NCBI GenBank assembly: GCA_900767825.1
Contig: CAAGAN010000006.1
Span: forward strand, 3,952 to 67,951
From: Bacilli bacterium
Lineage (GTDB): Bacteria > Bacillota_I > Bacilli_A > RFN20 > CAG-826
DNA length: 64,000 nucleotides
Direction: 5' to 3'
The position numbers and the translations under genes are program-made. The notes under the pieces were generated by a model. It did not search any database. It was not told the DNA's origin and saw nothing but the letters and a program-made list of their open reading frames with translations. Shown piece by piece: positions 14,654-23,181 of the stretch. The stretch's first letter is position 1. Each line of letters opens with the position of its first letter.

Positions 14654-14700
14654 GATCATTTTGAATTTCTCCTGATTTCCCGCCAAAGAGAAAATTAAAT
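14654..14700 (+). pseudogene. Decayed duplicate of the 3' end of the ATPase gene (12871-12950)
   Basis: GATCATTTTGA-ATTTCTCCTGAT[33-nt gap]TTCCCGCCAAAGAGAAAATTAAAT versus GATGCTTTTGATATTTCTCCTGAT...TTCCCGACAAAGAGTGAATTTAAAG. A frameshift and deletion make it non-coding. Confidence 0.6.
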
Positions 14701-14841
14701 AATATCTAGCTTTTCAAAGTCTACATTTTTTACAAGTTGTCAATTATTATGAAGATGTGATTATTTTTAATGAAAACTTTTTTCAAAATGTTGTTTAATA
14801 TATATGAAATTCATACAATTAATGAAAAGGAATTTCGGAAT

Positions 14842-15702
14842 ATGAAGACAATTGGAATTGATGTTGGTGGAACTACCATAAAAGGTTCTAGATTCGATGA
14901 ATTCGGAAAAGAAGAAGTTAGTGCTTCTATTAGGACTGAGAAACAAGATTTCTCTATTTTCGTTAATAATATGTTTTCTTTAATTGGAAAACTTATTGAT
15001 CCTGAAGTTAAAGGCATTGGGATTGTTTCGGCTGGTGATATTAATGCTGACCATGAATCATATGACAATGTTATCAATATCCCTTGTCTAAAAGGAAGAA
15101 GTCTGGGTAAAGAAATAGAGAAGAAATTCAACTTACTGGTCTATATTGAAAATGATGCAGTAGGTGCATTAGTGGGTGAAGCTTCTTTAAGGAAAGAAAA
15201 GAATATAGAAATGCTTACATTTGGGACTGGGATTGGTTCAGCTTGCTTAATAGATGGCAAACCATATCATGGGGATCCTTATGATTTTGGCCATGTTGCT
15301 TTATCTAGAAATGGATATAAATGCAAATGCGGGAAAAGAGGGTGCAGCGAAGTATATCTTTCTGCGATTGCCTTATGGAAATTAGCCTGCAAAAGATATA
15401 GGCACAATATCGAAGTAACTGAATTGATGGATGCTTATAGAAATGGGGATAAGTTAGCCCATTCTATCATCGATGAATATTCTTTCTTATTAAATAAATT
15501 ATTAGGAATAATCGATAAGAAACTAGCCCCTGAAGTAATTATTCTGGGTGGTGGATTAATGGGTTCTAGCGATGTATTTAAAGAGCATATCAAGAAATAT
15601 AATGCTAAAATCGAATTTGCAGTGATGGGCAATAAAGCTGGTGCTTTAGGTGCTTCAATACTTATTAGGAGGGAACTAGAAAATGGAAGAAAAGTCAATT
15701 AA
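14842..15702 (+). CDS. ROK-family sugar kinase (glucokinase/N-acetylglucosamine-kinase-like)
   Basis: MKTIGIDVGGTTIKG at the internal ATG 14842 (AAAGGAA upstream). ROK zinc motif CKCGKRGCSE. Adjacent to nagA and nagB. Confidence 0.8.
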   Translation: MKTIGIDVGGTTIKGSRFDEFGKEEVSASIRTEKQDFSIFVNNMFSLIGKLIDPEVKGIGIVSAGDINADHESYDNVINIPCLKGRSLGKEIEKKFNLLVYIENDAVGALVGEASLRKEKNIEMLTFGTGIGSACLIDGKPYHGDPYDFGHVALSRNGYKCKCGKRGCSEVYLSAIALWKLACKRYRHNIEVTELMDAYRNGDKLAHSIIDEYSFLLNKLLGIIDKKLAPEVIILGGGLMGSSDVFKEHIKKYNAKIEFAVMGNKAGALGASILIRRELENGRKVN

Positions 15703-16849
15703 GGGTTTTTCTAACGTCAACATATGTTTTAAAGACGAAATTAGAAAAGGAAGTGTTTCCATTTCTAATGAACATATATCTTCTTTTGATGATGGGGAAG
15801 GATATCTAAGATTAAGAGATGACTTATTCCTTTGCCCTGGATTAATCGATGAACACATACACGGGTGCCTTGGATTTGATGTAATGGATGCAAAATTAGA
15901 ATCTATTCAAGGTATGGCTAATGCCTTAGTTAGGGAAGGGGTTACTTCATTTTTAGCTACTACAATGACTGAAAGCGAGCCTAGGATTAATGCCGCTTTA
16001 GCTAATGTTGCTTCCTTCATGGAAAGCCAAAAAGAAGGTGCAACTGTATTAGGAATCCATCTAGAAGGGCCATTTATTTCTAAAAAATATAAAGGTGCCC
16101 AAGATGAAAATAATATCCTTAAGCCAAATGTAGATAAATTCATCTCCTTCCAAGAAAAGGCCAAAGGGAATATCAAATTAGTTACTTTTGCAATCGAGGA
16201 AGATGATGGATCTTTCCTAGATTATTTAGTTAAGCATAATGTAGTGGCTTCTATTGGACATAGCGCTTCTAATGCCTCTACTTTGCTTAGTGGCATTGAT
16301 CATGGGGCTAGATGCATTACCCATCTATATAATGCACAGTCTCCATTTACCCATCATGAATCTGGAGTAAGTGGGGTAGCTTTAGCAGATTCTAGGCTTT
16401 ATACCGAATTAATAGCCGATTTCTTCCATTCTACAAAAGAATCAGTCAAGATTGCTCTTGATTGCAAAGGAAAAGAAAAACTAGTCTTGATATCAGATTC
16501 AACCGAAGCCAAATATTTACCTGCTGGTAATTATTATTTAGGTTCAACTCCGATTGTATCCGATACAAATGTTGCTAAATTATTAAATGGAACAATCGCA
16601 GGAAGCGTACTTAGATTAGACAAAGCTTTAAGGAATATATCTTCTATATCTAATATATCTTTCGTCGATGCGATTAGATTAGCTTCATTTAACCCTGCCT
16701 CAAATCTAAGATTAACTGATAGAGGAGAGATAAAAGAAGGATATTATGCCGATTTTGTCATTATGGATAAAGACTTTAATGTCTATGCGACTATAGTAAA
16801 AGGTAAACTAGTTTATACTAGCAATGAATTTAATCCATTTTTAAAATAA
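15683..16849 (+). CDS. nagA: N-acetylglucosamine-6-phosphate deacetylase
   Basis: PGLIDEHIHGCLGFDVMD, HLEGPFIS and THLYNAQS motifs. Length 388 aa. Confidence 0.9.
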   Translation: MEEKSIKGFSNVNICFKDEIRKGSVSISNEHISSFDDGEGYLRLRDDLFLCPGLIDEHIHGCLGFDVMDAKLESIQGMANALVREGVTSFLATTMTESEPRINAALANVASFMESQKEGATVLGIHLEGPFISKKYKGAQDENNILKPNVDKFISFQEKAKGNIKLVTFAIEEDDGSFLDYLVKHNVVASIGHSASNASTLLSGIDHGARCITHLYNAQSPFTHHESGVSGVALADSRLYTELIADFFHSTKESVKIALDCKGKEKLVLISDSTEAKYLPAGNYYLGSTPIVSDTNVAKLLNGTIAGSVLRLDKALRNISSISNISFVDAIRLASFNPASNLRLTDRGEIKEGYYADFVIMDKDFNVYATIVKGKLVYTSNEFNPFLK

Positions 16850-16870
16850 ATATATAAAGGAACAAATGTT

Positions 16871-17572
16871 ATGAAAATTATCGAATTTGAAACAAAAGAA
16901 GAATTATCTGCCTATGCTGGCGAACTACTTTTTGATTTGCTTAAAGTCAAAAAAGATGCAATTCTAGGCTTGGCTACTGGCTCCTCCCCATTAGGATTCT
17001 ATGATTATGTATCTTCTACTTATAAAGAAAAAGGCATCTCTTTTAAAGATGTTAAATCATTCAATCTAGATGAATATGTCAATTGTCCAATCGAAAAAGA
17101 AACATATAGATATTTCATGAATGATAATCTTTTCTCTAAGATTGATATTGATTTATCTAATACCCATTTCCCATCTGAAACTAATCCTTCTAGCTATGAT
17201 GAAGAAATAGAAAAAGCAGGTGGAGTTGATTTTCAATTATTAGGAATTGGAAGGAATGGCCATATTGGATTTAATGAGCCATATACCCCATTTGATAGCA
17301 AGACTCACCTAATTGAATTAACTTCTTCTACTAGAGAGGCTAATGCTAGATTCTTTAATAACGATATCAATATGGTGCCAACTCATGCCGTTTCGATGGG
17401 TATTGGAACTATATTAAAGGCTAAGACAGTCGTCTTGATTGCTAATGATCCAACTAAGAAAGAAGCTATCCTTGGCCTAAAAGCAGGCAAGGAAGATATA
17501 TCTAATCCTGCAACAAGCTTAGTAAACCACCCAAATTGCTATACCTTAATTACCAAATCAGTTCTTGAATAA
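16871..17572 (+). CDS. nagB: Glucosamine-6-phosphate deaminase
   Basis: GLATGSSPLGFY, FNLDEY and LLGIGRNGHIGFNEP. Confidence 0.9.
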   Translation: MKIIEFETKEELSAYAGELLFDLLKVKKDAILGLATGSSPLGFYDYVSSTYKEKGISFKDVKSFNLDEYVNCPIEKETYRYFMNDNLFSKIDIDLSNTHFPSETNPSSYDEEIEKAGGVDFQLLGIGRNGHIGFNEPYTPFDSKTHLIELTSSTREANARFFNNDINMVPTHAVSMGIGTILKAKTVVLIANDPTKKEAILGLKAGKEDISNPATSLVNHPNCYTLITKSVLE

Positions 17573-17574
17573 TT

Positions 17575-18513
17575 ATGAAAGATTATTTTAAGGAAAATGC
17601 CTATTCCTTATTTTCTAAACCTTTTTGCGCTTGCAAAGAGGCTTTTATCAATGTCCATAGGATTCCAAATTATGTAGTTCCAAAAGATAAGACTTTAGAA
17701 GAAGTAATCATGGAGACGACTTTATGGACTCATCCTGATACTAATCTAAGTTTTGATTTACTTGAATCAGAGCAAAAGAAACACCAGGTATATTATCCAT
17801 ATGAAGATTCTAAACTAGGATTGTTCTATTTTAGCGTTCCTAATCCAAAAGGAAGTGTCTTATTAGTACCAGGTGGGGCTTATGGATTAGTATGTACTTA
17901 TCCAGATGGCTTTGCTAAAGCTAAAGATATATTAGCCCTTGGGTATAATTGCTTCATCATTATGTATAGAACAAATGTTGAAGCAAGTTTTCCTAATGTC
18001 ATCGTTGATTTTAGGAAGGCCATGGATGTGATTTATGATAAAAAGAATATTTTTGAATTAGGGGAAAAAATAATCTTAATGGGCTTTTCGGCTGGAGGGC
18101 ATCTAGCTTCTTTAGTATGTAGAAAAGACATTGCATCTACTTATGGCATCCCTAGGTTTAAATATCTAGTTTTAGGTTATCCAGTCATAAGTCTAGAAAA
18201 TAATACCCACATCGAAACTAGAAATTATTTCCTAGGTAAATATAAAGACGATCCTTATTACCAACATTATTTCTCTACATCTAATTTTATAGATAAAGAT
18301 TATCCATCTACTTTCCTTTGGAGATCAGAAGACGATCCTAGTGTTCCTATCTCTAATTCAGATGAATTTGAATTGGCCTTAAAAGAAAAGCAAGTACCCC
18401 ATATGTATAAAATCTATCCTGGAAAGGTACATGGGCTAGATATGAATCTAAATAAATCCAGGTATTGCTGGATTAATCCTGCCTTGGATTTCTTTATTAA
18501 AAATCCTAGATAA
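17575..18513 (+). CDS. Alpha/beta-hydrolase (esterase/deacetylase-like)
   Basis: Nucleophile elbow GFSAGGHLA. C-terminal D...H (PGKVHGL). Follows nagB with a 2-nt gap. Confidence 0.7.
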   Translation: MKDYFKENAYSLFSKPFCACKEAFINVHRIPNYVVPKDKTLEEVIMETTLWTHPDTNLSFDLLESEQKKHQVYYPYEDSKLGLFYFSVPNPKGSVLLVPGGAYGLVCTYPDGFAKAKDILALGYNCFIIMYRTNVEASFPNVIVDFRKAMDVIYDKKNIFELGEKIILMGFSAGGHLASLVCRKDIASTYGIPRFKYLVLGYPVISLENNTHIETRNYFLGKYKDDPYYQHYFSTSNFIDKDYPSTFLWRSEDDPSVPISNSDEFELALKEKQVPHMYKIYPGKVHGLDMNLNKSRYCWINPALDFFIKNPR

Positions 18514-18527
18514 AAGGCAAATGAAAA

Positions 18528-18550
18528 GGAGGGCAACGGCCCTCTTTGTT
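18528..18550 (+). terminator. Rho-independent terminator after the hydrolase gene
   Basis: GGAGGGC-AACG-GCCCTCT followed by TTGTT. Confidence 0.5.
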
Positions 18551-18641
18551 AACTATAATCTTATTATGGCAAGACTTGATTACTTGTTTAATTTACTTAT
18601 GATTGCTTGAAATGCAAAATATTTAAAGGAGTGTGATGATT

Positions 18642-18947
18642 ATGGCAAATAAAGCTACCGTTTATGCTCGCATAGATATAAAGCTAAAAGAAAATGCCGA
18701 AGAGATTCTTTCTCAACTAGGCATTACGCCTTCTAACGCTATAAAGATGCTATACACCCAAATTGTATTGACTAGGAGCCTGCCTCTTAATTTACGTCTT
18801 CCCTCTTCAAAGCCCGTATCAATAGGCGAAATGAGTCAAGCTGAATTAGATGCCGAACTATTAAAAGGGGTTAAATCACTCAAATCCGAAAAAACCTATA
18901 CAGCGGATGAAATTGATGCCGAATTAAAGAAAGAATTCGGCATATGA
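18642..18947 (+). CDS. RelB/DinJ-family type II antitoxin with no cognate toxin gene adjacent
   Basis: ATVYARIDIKLKENAEEILSQLGITPSNAIKMLYTQIV is the DinJ RHH pattern. AAAGGAG RBS before the ATG at 18642. Only 76 nt, with a hairpin, before the next convergent gene. Confidence 0.75.
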   Translation: MANKATVYARIDIKLKENAEEILSQLGITPSNAIKMLYTQIVLTRSLPLNLRLPSSKPVSIGEMSQAELDAELLKGVKSLKSEKTYTADEIDAELKKEFGI

Positions 18948-19023
18948 ACACAAAATAGAAATAACTAAGTACAAAAAATGGCAGCATTTAAACTGCCCAA
19001 TTTTTTAATTAAGTCATTATTTA

Positions 19024-20673
19024 TCAAACATCTGCGTAGCAGCTTCCACCGATAAATTCCCTCATCAAGGAATTCGATGGAACCCATCCTTCATCCATAT
19101 CAACGAAGAATTTAAGCATTCTCATTAATCTAGTCGCGACTGGGAAAATAATTGATTCCTTATCGATTTGTTGTAGTAGTGGCAAGGCATATTTCTTCAT
19201 GACACTTAATTCATATGGAAGCATGGAATTATAGACATAATCGCTTCCTTCTTGGGTATCATAAATCCATTTGAATTCGCCTTTTCTGACTGAAGGCCAC
19301 ATGGATATAGTTTCTTCGGCAGAGGAATTCCTGAACTTGAAGTCCCTGACTATACGCCTGATTAATCTTAAATCAGTCAAGGAAACTGGGTTATGGTCAT
19401 CAAGGTTAATCTGGGCTTGTGGGGCGATGAATATCTTGAATTTATTTGATTTAGGGATATCGATTGTAAGCCTATCGTTTAAGGCATGGATGCCTTCAAT
19501 GATTATAGGCTCGCCCTTATTTACCTTAAGTAACCTTCCCGGAACGCTTTTCCCAGATTGGAAATCAAATTTAGGTAATTGGACTTCTTCCCCATTAATT
19601 AAATCAACCATGTTTTGGTTAAATAATGGGATATTAAGCGCCTCGATTGATTCTAGATCTGGAGATCCATCTTCATCTAGGGGTATCTTGCTCTTTTCTA
19701 AATAATAGTCATCAATTGAAATTCTAATAGGCTTAATTCCCCTAGAAAGAAGCTCAATCCTAAGTCTATTGGCAAATGTAGTCTTTCCAGAAGAAGAAGG
19801 ACCTGCAACACAAATTAAGGAGATATCATCGATGGAATCCTCGATTAATTGACCTAGCTCGCAAAGCATCCTGTTATGTCTAGCTTCGCATATATTGATG
19901 AATTCGCTTGGACCTCTTTCCTTAATGGATTTATTGATATCTGCAACAGTAGAAGTACCGACAATCTTTGCCCAGTCATGGCTTTCTTTTAAGGTCCTGC
20001 CAAAAGTAGGGGCATCCTGGAATGGAGGGATTTTCCCATCATATTCGCTTCTAGGATATTGGAGCAAGAATCCAGGCGCATATAGCCTTAATTTATAATC
20101 CTTTATATATCCAGTAGAAGGAACCATATGGCTATACATATAATCTAGATAGCCATCGCATTCATATAGGTGTACTGTCTTTTCTGGACGGTACTGAAGA
20201 AGTGCTAGCTTATCTTGATAACCTAATTCTTCATATATTCTAGAAGCTTCTTCATTGCTAACTACCATTCTCTTCAATGGGAAATCTGATTTGACAATGT
20301 TATCGATTTCATGGTTGAGTCGAAGTAGCATTGCTGTATTAGCAACATATCCTGGAGTCAATAGGTGGATAGATAAACACCTAGAAACGTTATAGGCTAA
20401 CCTAATCTTTAGTTCTGGATAGCATCTTTTGAAAGCCATCGAGACAATATAACGCAAAGAAGCCTCATATGTCTTTATTGAATCTCTATCCTTGACGGTA
20501 AGGAATTCAACTTCGGCATCATAATAGACTTCATATGTAAGTTCTCTAACCCTGTTATTGACTTTAGCGACTATATATTTCTTGTCTGGATCTTTATCTC
20601 CTAGGATATCTAGAAGGGAAGTTTTCTTCTCATATTCCCTAGTCTCTCCGTTTACTTTTATCTTAAATGTCAT
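19024..20673 (-). CDS. Uridine-kinase/phosphoribulokinase-family nucleoside kinase with a long N-terminal (TGS-like) extension
   Basis: P-loop GPSSSGKTTFANRL in the C-terminal half. 549 aa. This architecture is common in Clostridia and Erysipelotrichia. Confidence 0.75.
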   Translation of the reverse strand: MTFKIKVNGETREYEKKTSLLDILGDKDPDKKYIVAKVNNRVRELTYEVYYDAEVEFLTVKDRDSIKTYEASLRYIVSMAFKRCYPELKIRLAYNVSRCLSIHLLTPGYVANTAMLLRLNHEIDNIVKSDFPLKRMVVSNEEASRIYEELGYQDKLALLQYRPEKTVHLYECDGYLDYMYSHMVPSTGYIKDYKLRLYAPGFLLQYPRSEYDGKIPPFQDAPTFGRTLKESHDWAKIVGTSTVADINKSIKERGPSEFINICEARHNRMLCELGQLIEDSIDDISLICVAGPSSSGKTTFANRLRIELLSRGIKPIRISIDDYYLEKSKIPLDEDGSPDLESIEALNIPLFNQNMVDLINGEEVQLPKFDFQSGKSVPGRLLKVNKGEPIIIEGIHALNDRLTIDIPKSNKFKIFIAPQAQINLDDHNPVSLTDLRLIRRIVRDFKFRNSSAEETISMWPSVRKGEFKWIYDTQEGSDYVYNSMLPYELSVMKKYALPLLQQIDKESIIFPVATRLMRMLKFFVDMDEGWVPSNSLMREFIGGSCYADV

Positions 20674-20755
20674 AATTACCTCCTCATCAGTTTAAACTTT
20701 TGAGTTAGTTATCTTAATATGTAAGCCCTTACATTTCAATTAGAAAGTATTCCGG

Positions 20756-20864
20756 TGAGTTTCACGATTTTGATGTTACTAGACAGAATCGTTGCAACAA
20801 ATGGTATCAAAGCACCAAACCCACCCTTGACCACGGGTATTTTTGGCTATGTTGCCCAAATTGG
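20756..20864 (+). repeat. Copy 1 of a ~110-bp direct repeat (left end of the element)
   Basis: Aligns by eye with 21013-21124 at high identity, apart from a 2-nt indel near the start and a few substitutions. Confidence 0.9.
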
Positions 20865-21012
20865 TTCATAATTCTCCTTTTTGGTAAATTGTTACCTTTT
20901 TTTCGATTATATTGCATTTGTAGATTTTCCCAATGCATTTATTCTTTTATTTCTACTTAAAAACATAGATTTTAAAAGATATGTTTCCGATGGCAATGGA
21001 GATATTATTCAT

Positions 21013-21124
21013 TGAGTTTCACGATTTTTGGCTGTTACTTGACAGAGTCGTTGCAACAAATGGTATCAAAGCATCAAATCCACCCTTGACCACGGCTATT
21101 TTTGCCTATGTTGCCCAAATTGGT
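21013..21124 (+). repeat. Copy 2 of the ~110-bp direct repeat (internal duplicate of the left end, including the TIR sequence)
   Basis: Begins TGAGTTTCACGATTTTT and ends CCCAAATTGGT, like copy 1. Confidence 0.9.
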
Positions 21125-21376
21125 GAATGTTATAAATATAGATTATCTCTATCATGGCATAAACCTATATAGGGCAAGGCTGGGGATTCAGGTTGTGCAA
21201 GGTCAGACAAAAGGTAGACCCCCAATTCATGGAAGGGACAGAAGAAAGAAAGCCGAGCAATTAAAACTGTTCCAAATCAATGCCATAAAGTTCTTTAGAA
21301 CTTATAAATTGGTAAAATCGTGAAACTCAATGAAAGTATTCCACAAAATAGCTTCTTTCCTTTATAATACTTAGAA

Positions 21377-21898
21377 ATGAGAAAATCACTGCTTATAGTT
21401 ATCGATTACCAAAATGATTTCGTAAATGGGTCTTTGGGGTTTGAAAGTGCTTCAAAACTAGAAGATAAAATCATTGATTTAGTAGATAAAAAGGAAAAAG
21501 AAGGCTTTGAAGTAGTCTTTACTAAAGATATACATGAAGATAATTATCTAGATACAGTTGAAGGTAAAAATCTTCCTATCCCACATTGTATTAAAGGGAG
21601 CAAGGGAGAACAAATATATGGAAAATTAAAGGAGGTTGCTTCTAGACATCTTATTTTTGAAAAAGAGACTTTTGGATCACTAGAATTAGCTAATTACATT
21701 GCAAAAGGAGATTATAAGGACATCGTTTTGTGTGGAATTGATACTTCAATTTGCGTTCTTTCTAATGCAATACTAGCAAAGTCAGCTTCTCCTAGTTCCA
21801 ATATCTTTATAGCGTCTTCTTGCTCCGGGAGTGGAGATTTAGAAGCAGAAAGAATAGCTTACAAGGCTTTAGAAAGGGTACAAATATATAAATTATGA
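21377..21898 (+). CDS. pncA: Isochorismatase-family cysteine hydrolase, nicotinamidase-like
   Basis: LLIVIDYQNDFVNGSLG, FTKDIHE..LPIPHCIKGSKG and GIDTSICV (catalytic Cys). Confidence 0.65.
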   Translation: MRKSLLIVIDYQNDFVNGSLGFESASKLEDKIIDLVDKKEKEGFEVVFTKDIHEDNYLDTVEGKNLPIPHCIKGSKGEQIYGKLKEVASRHLIFEKETFGSLELANYIAKGDYKDIVLCGIDTSICVLSNAILAKSASPSSNIFIASSCSGSGDLEAERIAYKALERVQIYKL

Positions 21899-23094
21899 GC
21901 AAAGCATTAATCTATCTACAATCAGGCGGACCTACTAGCGTCATCAATTCAAGTTTATATGGAGCGATTAGAGAAGCCCAAAAGCACAAAGAAGTTTCCA
22001 AGATACTTGGCTCTTTGCATGGAATCGAAGGACTTTTAGATGATGATATTATCGATATTGGAAAAGAAGATGATGAAGATATTGAATTATTAAAGCAAAC
22101 CCCAGCTGCCATTTTAGGTTCTTCTAGATATAAGCTTCCTTCTTCTTTTGAAGATGAAGCCTATAAAAAGATATTAGCTACTTTAGTTAAGCATAACTGC
22201 GGTTATCTTCTTCTAAATGGCGGGAACGATTCAATGGATACCTGTTCTAAATTAGCGACCTATTTTAGAGAAAATAATGTTGATATAAAAGTAATAGGTG
22301 TACCTAAGACAATTGATAATGACTTGGCCTTGACAGACCATTGCCCTGGATATGCATCGGCTTGTAAATATGTAATCAATACAGTCAAATCGGTCTGCCT
22401 TGATGCTAGATGCTACAAAAAAGGAAAAGTCTACATCATCGAGATGATGGGAAGAAATGCCGGCTGGCTTACCGCTAGCGTGGATTTACTTAAAAAACCA
22501 TATAGGCCAGATTTAATCTACCTTCCAGAAACTAATTTCGACTTGCTTAACTTCTTGAAAGATATCCGTGAAATATATGAGCAATATGGCAATGCCGTCG
22601 TTGCTTTAAGCGAAGGCGTTGTCTTTGCTAGGGATGTATCTAATGTCTCCAAGGATTCATTTGGACATGTCCAGCTTGATGGAGCTTGCGAAGAATTGGC
22701 CAAGATTGTTAAGCGTACTTTAGGACTTAAAACTAGGGCCACCCAACTTTCCTTGCCTCAAAGAGCCAATCCTCAATTGATGTCTAAAGTTGACCAAGAG
22801 GAAGCAATTGAAGTAGGTGCCCATGCTGCTTTAGCTGCGATAAATGGAGAATCGGAAAAGATGGTTGCCATTAAGCGTATTTCTTCTTCCCCATATAAAG
22901 TAAGTTATGAGCTAGTAGATGTTAAAGAAGTTGCCAATAAAGAAAAAACAATCCCAGCCGACTACATGGATTCATTATTTGGCATGTCGGATAAATTCAA
23001 AGAATATCTAACTCCATTAATTAAGGGAGAAATCGATATCAAATATGAAGACGGCATTTGCAAAGCCGCCCATTTTAAGAAGATTAGGGATTAG
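21895..23094 (+). CDS. pfp: Pyrophosphate-dependent 6-phosphofructokinase
   Basis: GGPTSVINSS. GGNDS (Asp at the position where ATP-PFKs have Gly) and PKTIDND (Lys where ATP-PFKs have Gly) are the PPi-type determinants. MGRNAGWL. Confidence 0.8.
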   Translation: MSKALIYLQSGGPTSVINSSLYGAIREAQKHKEVSKILGSLHGIEGLLDDDIIDIGKEDDEDIELLKQTPAAILGSSRYKLPSSFEDEAYKKILATLVKHNCGYLLLNGGNDSMDTCSKLATYFRENNVDIKVIGVPKTIDNDLALTDHCPGYASACKYVINTVKSVCLDARCYKKGKVYIIEMMGRNAGWLTASVDLLKKPYRPDLIYLPETNFDLLNFLKDIREIYEQYGNAVVALSEGVVFARDVSNVSKDSFGHVQLDGACEELAKIVKRTLGLKTRATQLSLPQRANPQLMSKVDQEEAIEVGAHAALAAINGESEKMVAIKRISSSPYKVSYELVDVKEVANKEKTIPADYMDSLFGMSDKFKEYLTPLIKGEIDIKYEDGICKAAHFKKIRD

Positions 23095-23181
23095 TTTGTA
23101 CATTATATAAGTTGTGTTAAATTTTATTTCTAATCTCTTGAAGTAGTTCTTTAAAAATCCTAAACTTTACTACGTAACATT

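Larger units (their letters stand above)
20756..21329. mobile_element. MITE-like non-autonomous element (574 bp) with perfect 16-bp terminal inverted repeats
   Basis: TGAGTTTCACGATTTT at 20756-20771 and its exact reverse complement at 21314-21329. GAAAGTATTCC lies 2 nt outside each end (20743-20753 and 21332-21342). No transposase ORF inside. Confidence 0.45.

Noticed and set aside
18521-18610. 29-aa ORF upstream of the RelB/DinJ gene as a candidate toxin
   Set aside because: It has no RBS, overlaps the terminator hairpin of the preceding gene, and is too short and hydrophobic or basic for RelE/YafQ.
20790-20850. T-box-like GGGTGG on the minus strand of the 110-bp repeat (CAAGGGTGGGTTTGGTGC)
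   Set aside because: It lacks the rest of the T-box consensus (..GGGTGGTACCGCG) and the stem I features. It occurs in duplicate inside a TIR-bounded element.
21165-21260. G+C-richer patch upstream of pncA as a possible NAD+-type riboswitch
   Set aside because: I could not match it to the nadA or pnuC motif consensus as I remember them. It lies inside the TIR-bounded element, so it is left as part of that finding.
20981-21323. 63-aa and 73-aa plus-strand ORFs
   Set aside because: They lie inside the MITE-like element. The two ~110-bp repeat copies differ by a 2-nt indel, so the frame is not conserved. There is no RBS.
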